From positions 47,713-111,712 of the forward strand of contig JAJVHS010000001.1 of NCBI GenBank assembly GCA_022072615.1: DNA of 64,000 nt, read 5' to 3'. Positions 26,421 to 37,596 of the stretch are shown in pieces. This stretch comes from Phycisphaerales bacterium (lineage in GTDB: Bacteria > Planctomycetota > Phycisphaerae > Phycisphaerales > UBA1924). The translations under genes and the position numbers were made by a program. The notes under the pieces were generated by a model, which saw nothing but the letters and a program-made list of their open reading frames with translations, had not been told where the DNA came from and did not search any database. Position 1 is the first letter of the stretch. Each line of letters opens with the position of its first letter.

Positions 26421-27083
26421 TCAGCTATTGGTGAGCAGCCCGATGAACTTGAAGAACGCGCCGAAGGAGACGTCGATCACGAACAGGAACGCGGCGATCA
26501 GGGCACAGGCGCCGATCACCACCCACGTTGATCCCAGTACTTCCTTCCGCGTCGACCAGTTCACTTTCTTCATCTCGCCGTCGGTCGCGATCAGGAACTC
26601 CACCGAGTTCCTCCGCACGCCCGTCAGCCAGTAGATGAAGATCGCTCCGGTGACCAGGATCAGCCCGACCACCGCCGACTGAAGATAGAGAAGCTCGAAG
26701 TACCGCACGCCCTGGGCCATCGTGACCATGCCCTGGAACGGACCCGCGACCGCGATCTGATCGCGGGCAGGGGTCGCGGACTCGTCCGCGGCCTGGATGT
26801 CCCGCAGCGTCACCACCGACGAATTCTGTCCGGGCGTCGCCTGCACCGCGACGACCTGGCTGGAGAGCACCTTCGGCCCCGTCTGTTCGGCCGTCGGTCC
26901 GGGGGCGAACAGATCGATCGTGTCGCCGGCCTTGAGAGGAGCGGCCGCGGGCTGATCGGCGGTGGGGGCCGCGACGATCGTGACGTTCCATTCCTTGATC
27001 GGGATGGAGACCGCGCTCAGTTCCTGGTACGCCCACACGGCGGCCGACAGCAGCATGACCCCCATGAGGCAGCCGGTCAGCAT
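26421..27083 (-). CDS. secE: preprotein translocase subunit SecE, three-TM form with large periplasmic insert
   Basis: C-terminal EMKKVNWSTRKEVLGSTWVVIGACALIAAFLFVIDVSFGAFFKFI is the SecE signature. ATG 27083 is the first in-frame start downstream of tRNA-Trp. Confidence 0.75.
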   Translation of the reverse strand: MLTGCLMGVMLLSAAVWAYQELSAVSIPIKEWNVTIVAAPTADQPAAAPLKAGDTIDLFAPGPTAEQTGPKVLSSQVVAVQATPGQNSSVVTLRDIQAADESATPARDQIAVAGPFQGMVTMAQGVRYFELLYLQSAVVGLILVTGAIFIYWLTGVRRNSVEFLIATDGEMKKVNWSTRKEVLGSTWVVIGACALIAAFLFVIDVSFGAFFKFIGLLTNS

Positions 27084-27157
27084 GCGCGTCCAGTACCCCT
27101 GCCCGGGCTTGTAGAGCCCGGCGAAGGAGGACCCGCCATCGCCCGAGGAATCGGGAA

Positions 27158-27230
27158 CACGCCGGGAGGGACTCGAACCCGCAACCTGCGGATTTGGAAT
27201 CCGCTGCTCTACCAATTGAGCTACCGGCGT
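27158..27230 (-). tRNA. tRNA-Trp (anticodon CCA)
   Basis: Minus strand ACGCCGGTAGCTCAATTGGTAGAGCAGCGGATTCCAAATCCGCAGGTTGCGGGTTCGAGTCCCTCCCGGCGTG forms a cloverleaf with a 7-bp acceptor stem, a GGTTCGAGTCC T-arm and a CCA anticodon. No encoded 3' CCA. Confidence 0.9.
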
Positions 27231-27323
27231 ATTGGAGTTGGAACCGTTGACCGATGCGGACACGGGCGCTCGCTTCCCGGAAGCCGCCGCCTGCTCGGCC
27301 TCGGAGGGCCGGCCAGGCGAACC

Positions 27324-27506
27324 TTACTTCCTCTTGATCTTGTGCAGGGTGTGCTTGCGAAGGCGCGGAGAGAACTTGTTCATCCCCTCCTTGAGTCCTT
27401 CGGGCAGCCCGCCCTTGGTGTTCACCGACGTGCGGTAGTTCAGGTCTCCCGACTCGGTGCACTGGAGCCACACGTACTCACGAGCGGCCGATTTCTTCTT
27501 CGCCAT
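27324..27506 (-). CDS. rpmG: 50S ribosomal protein L33
   Basis: 60 aa, MAKKKSAAREYVWLQCTESGDLNYRTSVNTKGG...KFSPRLRKHTLHKIKRK. ATG 27506 is preceded by AAGGTGGA. Confidence 0.92.
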   Translation of the reverse strand: MAKKKSAAREYVWLQCTESGDLNYRTSVNTKGGLPEGLKEGMNKFSPRLRKHTLHKIKRK

Positions 27507-27624
27507 GACAGCTTCCACCTTTCGCCTTCCGGGAAGGGTACGTCGCCATTTCCCTGCCCGGTCGCGCCGAAACCTCGTTTGAAACAGCCGCCCGGATCCT
27601 TCGACCCGGGCGACGCTCTGAACA

Positions 27625-27660
27625 CTGAAACACCGAACAAGTCCCGTTCCCTTGAACGGG
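27625..27660 (-). terminator. hairpin/attenuator candidate after tuf
   Basis: Minus strand cccgttc-aagg-gaacggg directly after the tuf stop, followed by a T-interspersed tract. Confidence 0.35.
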
Positions 27661-27664
27661 TCGT

Positions 27665-28867
<1,203 letters not shown>

Positions 28868-28994
28868 GACGAGTCACTCCAGTCCAGTGTGCTCGGGCTC
28901 TGTCGACGAGCCCGTGTTCAGAGCCAGTTTTCCCGGCGTGCGCCGGGGGTTCAAACCCTCTCGGGTGTGACCGATCCGTTCATCCCCCCGCCAA

Positions 28995-29066
28995 AGCCGC
29001 TGACGGGATTTGAACCCGTGACCTCACCCTTACCAAGGGTGCGCTCTACCACTGAGCTACAGCGGC
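28995..29066 (-). tRNA. tRNA-Thr (anticodon GGT)
   Basis: Minus strand GCCGCTGTAGCTCAGTGGTAGAGCGCACCCTTGGTAAGGGTGAGGTCACGGGTTCAAATCCCGTCAGCGGCT with a 7-bp acceptor stem and GGT in the anticodon loop. It sits in the usual position upstream of tuf. Confidence 0.9.
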
Positions 29067-29179
29067 GCAACAACCCCGGATGAAGCCGCTCGGTCCGTCC
29101 CCTCGGCCGCGCGATCCAGAGGTGAAGTCAAGGCCGGCCACCCAGACAAAACGCCCGGCTGCTTGCCGAGCGGGGGAGC

Positions 29180-29207
29180 ATGATAGCCCGCCCTCCAAAG
29201 GGGTCAA
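29180..29207 (-). promoter_or_regulatory. sigma70-like promoter candidate for the tRNA-Thr/tuf operon
   Basis: Minus strand TTGACC, 16-nt spacer, TATCAT, about 110 nt upstream of tRNA-Thr. Confidence 0.45.
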
Positions 29208-29307
29208 TTCTCCACCCTTTCGCACACCAACCGCCCCCTTTTGTGCCCGCGCCCACGGACCGTTCGCGGCCCACCGAGCCGACCCCTACCATCCGACCAT
29301 CCACCTG

Positions 29308-29805
29308 ATGAGATACCTGGGCGTCGATCTCGGCGAGAAACGGACCGGCCTGGCCCTGGGTGACTCGCAGACACGCCTGGCCACCCCCGTCGAAGTGATC
29401 GAGATCCCGCTTTCGCTCGCCGGCGGCGGGCCGCTGATCGAGGCGATCGTCAGGTCGTACGACCGGCTCATCGGCCCGTCCAGCCCCGGCGCCGTGGTCA
29501 TCGGCCTCCCGCTCAACATGGACGGCACCGACAGCCGCCAGACCCGCGTCATCCGTTCCTTCGCCGCCCGGGTCCAGGCTCGGCTCGCAAAGCAGGTGCA
29601 CCTCCAGGACGAGCGGCTGACCTCCGCCGACGCGGACTGGGCCATGGCCAGGTCCGACCTGACGCACCAGCAGAAGAAAGAACGCCGCGACGCGCTGGCC
29701 GCGGCCGCCATCCTCCGCGATTATCTGGCCGGCCTGCCCCGGCCCGGGCCGTCGCGCGATGATGCCGACCTCCCTGATAACCTCCAGCCGGACGGCGACC
29801 GCTAA
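29308..29805 (+). CDS. ruvX: Holliday junction resolvase RuvX (YqgF)
   Basis: MRYLGVDLGEKRTGLALGD...VVIGLPLNMDGTDS...DERLTS... is the YqgF signature. Confidence 0.88.
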   Translation: MRYLGVDLGEKRTGLALGDSQTRLATPVEVIEIPLSLAGGGPLIEAIVRSYDRLIGPSSPGAVVIGLPLNMDGTDSRQTRVIRSFAARVQARLAKQVHLQDERLTSADADWAMARSDLTHQQKKERRDALAAAAILRDYLAGLPRPGPSRDDADLPDNLQPDGDR

Positions 29806-29936
29806 ACGAGCGGGCTCCGGCCCGAGATTCACGTAGGGTGATCACCGGCGAACCGACCGACCGCCCCCGCATCCAACCTTCGCAGAGACGACCTCCGGAA
29901 CACGTCCTCCCGGAGACGACCGCGACTGGAGCTTTC

Positions 29937-30980
29937 ATGGACCTTCGTTGCTACGCAGCCTCCGCACTGATCCTGGCCGCCGTGAGTTCGGCGCACGCGC
30001 AGCCCGCCGATCCGCCGCGCAAGGCCGACCCGGCGCCCGCCGCGGCCGCGCCCCAGCCGTGCTCGGTCCAGAGCGCCGAGCAGCTCCTCGAAGAGCTCGA
30101 GCAGGCCGACAAGGGCCTCAAGGGCATGCAGGCCGAGATCCTGCTGCACCGGTCTTTCGTGCTCGAGCAGGACCGCCAGACGCGCCAGGGCATGCTGTAC
30201 TTCCGGCAGCTCGAGGGCTCGGCAGATCGACCGGCGACGCGGCAGTTCCACGTCCGCTTCGATGTGCAGATCACCGGGTCGCGCCAGGAGCGCGACAAGG
30301 AGCAGAAGTTCATCTTCGACGGCCAGTGGCTCGCGGAGATCAACCCCGGCGAGAAGCGATTCGACCGCCGCCAGCTCGTCGCGCCCGGCGAGAACTTCGA
30401 CCCGCTAAAGGTTGGCGAGGGCCCGCTCCCGATCCCGATCGGCCAGAAGAAGGAGGACATCCTCGCGCGTTTCGACGTCGAGCTTGTCGACGCCGCCGAC
30501 GGATTGACCGACGAGAACGCCCGGCAGCAGCAGGCGTGGCGCAAGTTCGTCGCGGGCACCTGCCAGCTTCGCCTGGTGCCCAAGGCGGATGCGGAGGACG
30601 TCGATTTCACCGAGATCCGCCTGTGGTACCGCAAGGATGCCGCTGACTCGGGCGCTGGCCGCTGGCTCCCGCGGATGTCGCGCACCGTCAACCACGCGGG
30701 CGACGTCACCATCGTGCAACTGGTCAACGTCCAGTTCACCGACACCATCGAGGACCAGTACTTCGACACCGCCTTCCCCGATCTCCGCGGCTGGGATTTC
30801 AGCGAGGTGCCGCTCCGCCGCGCGCCCAAGCTCAACGCGCCCGGGCCGGAGGTGATCGACGGGAAAGCTCCCGCCGGCGAGGCGCCGGCGCTGCCCGGGC
30901 CGGCGGACCAGCCCCCGCCCGCGTCGGGTTCGGAGCCGCCCGCGGCAAACCCGGGCGCCGGCCCCAAGTCGCCCTCCTGA
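29937..30980 (+). CDS. exported protein, LolA-like/outer-membrane lipoprotein-sorting fold (tentative), Pro/Ala-rich C-terminus
   Basis: ATG 29937 follows GGAG, then a signal peptide MDLRCYAASALILAAVSSAHA. The middle region (GMLYFRQ...FHVRFD...FIFDGQWLAEINP) resembles LolA-like domains. Confidence 0.4.
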   Translation: MDLRCYAASALILAAVSSAHAQPADPPRKADPAPAAAAPQPCSVQSAEQLLEELEQADKGLKGMQAEILLHRSFVLEQDRQTRQGMLYFRQLEGSADRPATRQFHVRFDVQITGSRQERDKEQKFIFDGQWLAEINPGEKRFDRRQLVAPGENFDPLKVGEGPLPIPIGQKKEDILARFDVELVDAADGLTDENARQQQAWRKFVAGTCQLRLVPKADAEDVDFTEIRLWYRKDAADSGAGRWLPRMSRTVNHAGDVTIVQLVNVQFTDTIEDQYFDTAFPDLRGWDFSEVPLRRAPKLNAPGPEVIDGKAPAGEAPALPGPADQPPPASGSEPPAANPGAGPKSPS

Positions 30981-31058
30981 ACCGCCGATTTTGCATGAGT
31001 GCCCAGCCCAGCGGCTCACCGAACGTGCCCGGCGTGCGTACAAGAGGACGAGGACCAC

Positions 31059-33758
31059 GTGCAGCGAACCGCAGCAAGCCCGAGGCGATTCTCCGGATTT
31101 CTCGCAGCCCTCCAGGCGACGCTGCTCATCTCGAGCGGCGCCGCGGCCCCGCCCCTCCAGCCCACACAGCTCACCGACGCCGTCCCTCCGATGGCCATGC
31201 CGGAGGTTGCTCGGTCCGCCCGGGCCCTCGCGACCGCCGCCTACCTGTCCGAGGATGAACGCAAGGACCTCCGCGTCCGCCACGGCATCTGGGAGCCCAG
31301 CGATCTGGATACGCCCGGTCGCCGCGCCCGAGCCGCCGCCATCTGCGGCCGCTTCCACGATGCGGTGTTCGACGACGCGTCCGTTCCCGCCGAAGATCGC
31401 GCCGAGGGCCTCCTTGGCCGCGGCGACGCGCAGGCCGCGCTGAACGCGCTCGGCGCCGCCACGTCTCTCCGAGCCGCACGGCAGCGGGCCCAGGCGCTGT
31501 GGGATCTCGGCCGGCTCGACGATGCTCGAGAGTCTCTCCAGCAGACGCGCCAGACGCTCATCGATCGGCCGCTGGACAACGCCGGCGAGATCGCCGAAGC
31601 GGTCCGAGCCATGGTGATCCTCTCGCGCCTCAGCGGCGACGACGCCGCCGAGCCCGGGCGCCGGTCGGCCGATTTCAAGATGCTCATGTCGGTGCTCGCA
31701 CGGGCCCGCGAGGAACTCGACCGCCTCGAGCCTCTGGTCTACCTCGCGGAGGCCGAGCTGCTCCAGGAAAAGGAGAACTACAGCGAAGCCTCTGATGCGC
31801 TCCAGCAGGCGATGGAACTCAATCCGCGTCTTGCCACCGGCTGGGCCTTGCTGGGCCGGCTGTCCGCCGACTCCTGGGACTTTGATCGTGCGCTGGCGAT
31901 CGCCGCGCGCCTCGACGAGTTGACGCGCTGGGACGGGGAGGGCGAAGCCGAAACGCACGAACGTTCGGTCTTCGGTGCCGAGATCGCCTCGCGCACGTAC
32001 CTCCGCATGGGCGACCCCGACGCCGCGGAGGCAGCACTCTCCCGAGCCCTGACGGCAGCGCCGGCCAGCCGGGTGCTGCTGGCGCTGCTCCCGGCGGCGG
32101 CCGCGGCCAATTTCAGCGAAGACCTGCTCGCCGATCGACTCGCGAAATTCGATGCGCTCGCGCCCGCGTCCCCGGATGCGCTCTTCGAGGTCGGGTCGGT
32201 GCTGTCGGATCTGCGCCAGTACGCCGACGCCGAGAAGTACCTGTCGCTCGCGCGCGAACGGGCCCCGAAATGGGCCGCGGTCCTGTGCGAGCTCGGGCTC
32301 CTCCAGGTGCAGGCGGGCCGCGATGAGGAGGCCCGGCGCACGCTCGAGCAGGCTGCGGCGCTGGACCCCTTCAACACCCGCGTCGCCAACAGCCTGACGC
32401 TTGTCACCGAGATCGCGACCTACGACCGCGTCACCAGCGATCACTTCGAGATCCGCTACAAGCCCGGCATCGACAAAGTCCTCGCGGCCGAGATGCTGCC
32501 GGTGATGGAAGAGAACTTTGCCCGCGTCACCGGCCACGGGCCTGGCGGCATCGACTTTGTGCCCGAGGGCCGGACGGTGATCGAGCTCTATCCCGACCAC
32601 CACTGGTTCAGCGTGCGCATCACGGGCATGCGGCGCGTGCACACCATCGCGGCGGCCACGGGACCGGTGATCGCCATGGAGCGCCCGATGACCGGCCCGG
32701 GGCACTCGCTGGGGCCCTATGACTGGCCGCGCGTGCTGCGCCACGAATACACGCACACGGTGACGCTGGCGAGGACGAAGAACCGCCTCCCGCACTGGTT
32801 CACGGAAGCCTCGGCGGTGTACCTGGAGGATGCGCCCCGCGACGAGGGCCGCTGCACGCTGCTCACCCGGGCGCTCGAGACCGGCGGGCTCCTCGATTTC
32901 TCGCAGATCAACACCGCCTTCGTCCGCCCGCGCACGCCCAGCGAGCGCGGCCTCGCCTACGCGCAGGGCCACTGGATGTACGAGTACATCGTGACGCGCT
33001 TCGGCCCGCGCGCCCCGCTGAACCTCATGGACCGCTACGCCAGGGGCGAGCGCGAGGCCGAAGCGTTCGAGGCGGAGTTCAGCCTCACGCGCTCGCAGTT
33101 CTTCGAGCAGTTCAAGCTCTGGGCCCGCGAGGAGTGCCGCAAGTGGGGGACTCTCCCGCCCGAGGGCGTGCCCACCGTGCTCGAGCTTCTCGCCGCGGCG
33201 CGGAAGGATGCGGGCGTGCCCGAGGACTCGGCGCAGTTCAGCGAGCCGACGCCCGAGCTCGTCGACGAATGGCTCCAGGAATATCCCGACCACCCCGACT
33301 TCGTGCGCCTCGCGGTGGGCTTCGAGCTCGCCGAGCGCCAGGGCGAGGCGGACGAGTCGATGATCCCCATGCTCGAGAAGCTCGCGAAGGTTCGGCCCGT
33401 CGATCACATGCCCCACAAGCAGCTCGCCCGGCTCTACCTCGCGTCAACGACGCCCGAGAAGGCGATCGAGCACCTCGAGTTCCTCGACCAGCGCGAGCAG
33501 TACCTCACGACCTACGCGGTCGAGCTCGCGCGGCGCTACGCGGCCGCGAAGGACTTCGCGAAGGCCTTTGAGAAAGCGCAGCGTGCGAGCCGGATCGCGC
33601 CCTTTGATCCTTCCATCCGCGAGCTCGCGGCCACGGTCGCGATCCAGGCCAAGGACTTCGGCGCGGCGAGGCGACATATCGAAGCGCTGATCGCCATCGA
33701 GCCCGATCGATCCGTGCACAGGAAGCGGCTCGAAGCGCTTGAGAAATTGGCTCAATAG
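31059..33758 (+). CDS. TPR-repeat protein with embedded gluzincin-like peptidase domain
   Basis: TPR-like helices occur at both ends. The central VLRHEYTHTVTLARTKNRLPHWFTEASAVYLE fits HExxH plus W..E..A. GTG 31059 follows GAGGA and precedes a signal-like segment; GTG 30999 is the alternative. Confidence 0.6.
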   Translation: MQRTAASPRRFSGFLAALQATLLISSGAAAPPLQPTQLTDAVPPMAMPEVARSARALATAAYLSEDERKDLRVRHGIWEPSDLDTPGRRARAAAICGRFHDAVFDDASVPAEDRAEGLLGRGDAQAALNALGAATSLRAARQRAQALWDLGRLDDARESLQQTRQTLIDRPLDNAGEIAEAVRAMVILSRLSGDDAAEPGRRSADFKMLMSVLARAREELDRLEPLVYLAEAELLQEKENYSEASDALQQAMELNPRLATGWALLGRLSADSWDFDRALAIAARLDELTRWDGEGEAETHERSVFGAEIASRTYLRMGDPDAAEAALSRALTAAPASRVLLALLPAAAAANFSEDLLADRLAKFDALAPASPDALFEVGSVLSDLRQYADAEKYLSLARERAPKWAAVLCELGLLQVQAGRDEEARRTLEQAAALDPFNTRVANSLTLVTEIATYDRVTSDHFEIRYKPGIDKVLAAEMLPVMEENFARVTGHGPGGIDFVPEGRTVIELYPDHHWFSVRITGMRRVHTIAAATGPVIAMERPMTGPGHSLGPYDWPRVLRHEYTHTVTLARTKNRLPHWFTEASAVYLEDAPRDEGRCTLLTRALETGGLLDFSQINTAFVRPRTPSERGLAYAQGHWMYEYIVTRFGPRAPLNLMDRYARGEREAEAFEAEFSLTRSQFFEQFKLWAREECRKWGTLPPEGVPTVLELLAAARKDAGVPEDSAQFSEPTPELVDEWLQEYPDHPDFVRLAVGFELAERQGEADESMIPMLEKLAKVRPVDHMPHKQLARLYLASTTPEKAIEHLEFLDQREQYLTTYAVELARRYAAAKDFAKAFEKAQRASRIAPFDPSIRELAATVAIQAKDFGAARRHIEALIAIEPDRSVHRKRLEALEKLAQ

Positions 33759-33978
33759 CAAATGGTCAAATAGCAATTGGTCAGGTGGCACATCCGGCCG
33801 GGCCGGATCGCCGCGTCAGAAGCTCGCGGTGGCGAAGAATCCGTGAGCGGGCCTCGGGCTGCACGTGGTATCGCCGCCCGGTTTCGATGGTGACGCCGCA
33901 CGAGCCATCGCGTTTTTCACCGTCGGCACTCGATATCGCCACCCGCTACTTGCCAGGTCGCCAATTCGCGTTGGCCCG

Positions 33979-36333
33979 CTACGCCCTGGCCTTGGTCATG
34001 TCCGACGTTGACTTGTACATCACGCGCCCGTGATAGAACGACGTCACGCTCTTGGCGATCGACTCGGTGATGCGGGCAAGGTCCTTCAGCGTGATGTCGC
34101 ACTCGTCGAACTGGCCGTCGAGCAGCCGTCGGTTGGCGAGCGTGCCCACCACCGTCTCGATGCGAGCCGGCGTCGGCTCGGCCAGCGTGCGCGTCGTCGA
34201 CTCGATCGCGTCCGACAGCATCACGATCGCGGCCTCGCGCGTCCGCGGCTTGGGGCCCGGGTAGCGGTACTCGAACTCGTCGGGCACGTACGCGGGGTCC
34301 GGCGGCAGGGCATCGTCCACCTCGCCCTCTTCGCCCGCCTTCTCGCGTCTGGCCTGCGCCAGCGCCTGCTCCTGCGCCCGCTGGAAGAAGTACTCGACCA
34401 GCGTGGTCCCGTGGTGGCTCTCGATGAAGTGCTGGATCTGCCGCGGCAGCCCGAACTCCCTGGCCAGCTCCATGCCGTCCTTGACGTGGCCGACGATGAC
34501 CAGCAGCGACATCGCGGGCGTGAGCTTGTCGTGCTTGTTTACGCCGCCACGCTGGTTCTCGACGAAGTACTCGGGCTTGTTCATCTTGCCCACGTCGTGG
34601 TACAGCGCCCCGACGTACGTGAGCAGCCCGTTGGCCCCGATCGCGTCCGCCGCCGCCTCCGCGATCGACGCCACCGTGAGCGAGTGGTTGTACGTCCCCG
34701 GCGCCCGCTGCAGCAGCTCGCGCAGCAGCGGGTGCTTGGAGTCGCGCAGCTCGATGAGCGTCATCCCGGTCACGACGTCGAACCACCGCTCGATCGCCGG
34801 CAGGATGAACAGCGTCACGCCGCCGATGACCAGCCCGCCCGCCGCGGCGAACAGGGCATCCACCAGCGTCTCCTTGAGCACCTGGTCGTTGATCGGCCGG
34901 TCGATGAACCCCACCAGCGCCGTCGCCAGCGCCAGCGAAAGACCCACGTACAGCCCCGTCCGGAACAGGTCGTCACGGCCGCGGATCTCCTTGAGGTTCC
35001 ACACCGCCACGCCCACGCCCGTCACGATCGTCGCGAACGTCCCGACGCCCTGGTCGAGCGCGACGCAGACGAGCACGCCGTGCAGCGTGCCGAACGCCAG
35101 CGCCACCCGCTGGTCGTATGTCACCGCGAAGATCACCGCCGCGAACACCGTCGGGCACACCGCCGTCACCGCCATCAGCGTCGGATCCGCCGCCGACCCG
35201 AACACCGCCGCCGCCAGGGTCCCCAGCAGGATCCCCGCGGCCCCCGCGACCCGCGCCGGGTTGCGGCGGATGCGCGGTGCAAACAGCGCCGTGTACCCGC
35301 CCAGCGCGGCCGCGATCGCCAGCACCGCCGCGCCCAGGCTTGCCCGGCGCAGCCACACCTGCCACGCCGGCGCGTTCTGGATGAAGTGACTGATCTCCGC
35401 CGAATACAGATCGAGCGCCGTCGCCGTCAGCACGTCGCCGCGCCGGAAGATCGGCTGCCCCTCGGGGTTGATGCGGTACTTGGGCGTCACTTCCGCGGCC
35501 GCCGTGTTCTGGTCGCTGGTCGTCTGCGCCTCGTCGAAGCGGTACGTCGGCCGCACCGACGACAGCACGCGCCCGACGACCACCTGGCGGAGCGGCCCGG
35601 CGGCGAACCCCGCGTCCCGAGCGATCGAGTCCAGCGCCTGCGACAGCCGCGGGTCCTCGATGTTGATCACGTCCGAGCGCATGATCCCGCGGTCCTGCTT
35701 GCCGATCACCAGCTTCACCGTCGGCGATAGGCCCTCGGTCGTGGCGCGCTGGAAGGTCTGCTCGTCCAGCAGCGGCCGGGCCTGCAGCAGCGTCACGAAC
35801 GAGTTCACCAGTTCCGACCAGCGCCTGGCTTCTCCCGCGCCCTCGGCCTGCAGCGCCGCCAGCGACGCCTCCGTGAGCCCGTACTGGTCCCGCAGCCTCG
35901 GGTCGACGTCCGAGAGGCTCTTGGCGCTCGCCAGCGCCCTGGGCAGCGAATCCAGCGAGTTGCGCAGCTCGTCGAAGAAGGTCGGGTCCGCGACGTACGT
36001 CCGGGGCGTGCGCTGCCGAGCCGCTTCGCGCGCGGCGTCGGTCAGCGCCCGGTCCTCCGCGCTCATAGTGAGCCGCACCAGGCGCGTGGAGTTCATCACG
36101 CGGCCCACCGCGACCAGCGGCCGCTCCCGAGCCCACACCACCAGCAGCGTCCCCAGGATGATGAACCCCGCCAGGATCACCACGCTCCAGGCGACGCGCG
36201 GCGACTGTGCCAGGTCGAAGGCCTTCTCGAGCAGCGATTCCTCGCGCAGCCGGATGTTCACCCGCCGTGGCGCAGCGCCGCCGGTCCGTCGGCCGGTGGA
36301 GAACATCGAGGTCTTGGAGCGTTCGCCGGCCAT
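33979..36333 (-). CDS. 7TM-HD (HDIG) membrane phosphohydrolase, PgpH/YqfF-like
   Basis: Large extracytoplasmic N-terminal domain, seven TM helices, then GALYHDVGKMNKPEYFVENQ...HHGTTLVEYF (HD/HDIG). ATG 36333 overlaps the phoH stop by 1 nt. Confidence 0.85.
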   Translation of the reverse strand: MAGERSKTSMFSTGRRTGGAAPRRVNIRLREESLLEKAFDLAQSPRVAWSVVILAGFIILGTLLVVWARERPLVAVGRVMNSTRLVRLTMSAEDRALTDAAREAARQRTPRTYVADPTFFDELRNSLDSLPRALASAKSLSDVDPRLRDQYGLTEASLAALQAEGAGEARRWSELVNSFVTLLQARPLLDEQTFQRATTEGLSPTVKLVIGKQDRGIMRSDVINIEDPRLSQALDSIARDAGFAAGPLRQVVVGRVLSSVRPTYRFDEAQTTSDQNTAAAEVTPKYRINPEGQPIFRRGDVLTATALDLYSAEISHFIQNAPAWQVWLRRASLGAAVLAIAAALGGYTALFAPRIRRNPARVAGAAGILLGTLAAAVFGSAADPTLMAVTAVCPTVFAAVIFAVTYDQRVALAFGTLHGVLVCVALDQGVGTFATIVTGVGVAVWNLKEIRGRDDLFRTGLYVGLSLALATALVGFIDRPINDQVLKETLVDALFAAAGGLVIGGVTLFILPAIERWFDVVTGMTLIELRDSKHPLLRELLQRAPGTYNHSLTVASIAEAAADAIGANGLLTYVGALYHDVGKMNKPEYFVENQRGGVNKHDKLTPAMSLLVIVGHVKDGMELAREFGLPRQIQHFIESHHGTTLVEYFFQRAQEQALAQARREKAGEEGEVDDALPPDPAYVPDEFEYRYPGPKPRTREAAIVMLSDAIESTTRTLAEPTPARIETVVGTLANRRLLDGQFDECDITLKDLARITESIAKSVTSFYHGRVMYKSTSDMTKARA

Positions 36334-37451
36334 CAGGAAACCGATTCTCCGGGACCCGCCGCGTCGTCCTCGCCGTAGGCGTCGATCACCCGCTGCACCA
36401 GCGGGTGGCGGACCACGTCGCCGCGGTCGAGCGTAACAAATCCGACGCCGGGGGTGCGCGACAGCCGCCGCGCCGCGTCGATCAGCCCGCTCTGCCGCGG
36501 GTCCGGAAGGTCGATCTGGGTCGTGTCGCCGGTCACGATCATCCGCGACCCGTTGCCCATCCGCGTCAGGAACATCTTCATCTGGCCGCGCGTCGTGTTC
36601 TGCGCCTCGTCCAGGATGATCACCGAGTTGTTGAGCGTCCGCCCGCGCATGAACGCCAGCGGGCACACCTCCACCACGTCGCTCTCCATGAAGCGCCGCA
36701 GCGTCGCGTATTCCACCATGTCGTTCAGAGCGTCGAACAGCGGCCGCAGGTACGGGTTCACCTTCGCCTCAAGGTCACCGGGCAGGAAGCCCAGCTTCTC
36801 GCCCGCCTCGACCGCCGGGCGGCACAGGATCACCTTCGCGCAACGGTCGGTCCGCAGCAGGTGCACCGCCGCCGCCACCGCCAGGTACGTCTTGCCGGTT
36901 CCCGCCGGGCCGATCGAAAAGACAAGGTCGTTGTCCCGGATCGCGTGAATGTACCGGTCCTGGTTCCCCGTCTTTGGCCGGATCCGACGCCCGCGGACGA
37001 ACACGTCGAGCGTGCCGTCCCACTCGCGCCGCTCGGGCCGCGCCGAGGGAGCGTCGGCCTGGTCCTCCTCCGACCAGCCCAGCGACGCCGGCGGAGCAAG
37101 GCCCCGGTCGCCCGCGGATGTCCTGCCTTCGTCCAGGCCAGCGGCGATCGCCCGGCCCGCCAGGTGCGCCGATTCGTCCGCGATGATGTTGAGCACCTCG
37201 GCCCGTGTCGGCGCGCGGCCGGTCGTCGAGGCGGCTCCCGCGATCCGTTCGACCACCCGCCGGGCCGTCGCGACCTCGGCGCGATCGCCCCTGACGCGGA
37301 GCTGGCCGTCGCGCACCGTCACCGTCACCCCAAGGGCTTCCCGGATCATTTTCATGTTCCGGTCGGAGGTGCCGAGCACGCTCACGCGGTCAGCGCCGGC
37401 GGGGAGTTTGATGGTGACTTCCAAGCCAGTTCGATTCCGCACACGGCCCAC
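36333..37451 (-). CDS. phoH: PhoH family ATPase
   Basis: VFSIGPAGTGKTYLAVAAAV (Walker A) and ILDEAQNTT...MIVTGDTTQIDLP. GTG start; alternatives lie 9-30 nt downstream. Confidence 0.9.
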   Translation of the reverse strand: MGRVRNRTGLEVTIKLPAGADRVSVLGTSDRNMKMIREALGVTVTVRDGQLRVRGDRAEVATARRVVERIAGAASTTGRAPTRAEVLNIIADESAHLAGRAIAAGLDEGRTSAGDRGLAPPASLGWSEEDQADAPSARPERREWDGTLDVFVRGRRIRPKTGNQDRYIHAIRDNDLVFSIGPAGTGKTYLAVAAAVHLLRTDRCAKVILCRPAVEAGEKLGFLPGDLEAKVNPYLRPLFDALNDMVEYATLRRFMESDVVEVCPLAFMRGRTLNNSVIILDEAQNTTRGQMKMFLTRMGNGSRMIVTGDTTQIDLPDPRQSGLIDAARRLSRTPGVGFVTLDRGDVVRHPLVQRVIDAYGEDDAAGPGESVS

Positions 37452-37596
37452 GCCCCGAGCGGTGCACGCCGCCAGAGTCCCGCCTCGCCGCTTGTCTGTA
37501 GTTTAGTCGGTCGCGATCTGCCATGATACCCAGAGTCCCCGCGTGGATAGGATTCTGTTCGCCCGTCCCCGGGTCGGAAAAGGAGGGTCGGATCGG

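Noticed and set aside
27084-27263. N-terminal extension of the secE ORF (track ORF 26421-27263)
   Set aside because: The segment VAQLVEQRIPNPQVAGSSPSRR is simply the translation of tRNA-Trp. No in-frame start exists between the tRNA and ATG 27083.
28925-28990. Possible additional tRNA between tuf and tRNA-Thr (ggggttcaaaccctc looks T-loop-like)
   Set aside because: I could not build an acceptor stem or anticodon arm around it, and the T-stem pairing is poor.
30405-33416. 1003-aa minus-strand ORF opposite the LolA-like and TPR-peptidase genes
   Set aside because: It spans two independent plus-strand genes, has Arg/Gly/Ala/Glu-rich low complexity and no start signals.
33444-33791. 115-aa minus ORF where ybeY might be expected downstream of the 7TM-HD gene
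   Set aside because: It lies antisense to the 3' end of the TPR-peptidase gene, lacks the YbeY H..H.....H motif and is Arg/Leu-rich.
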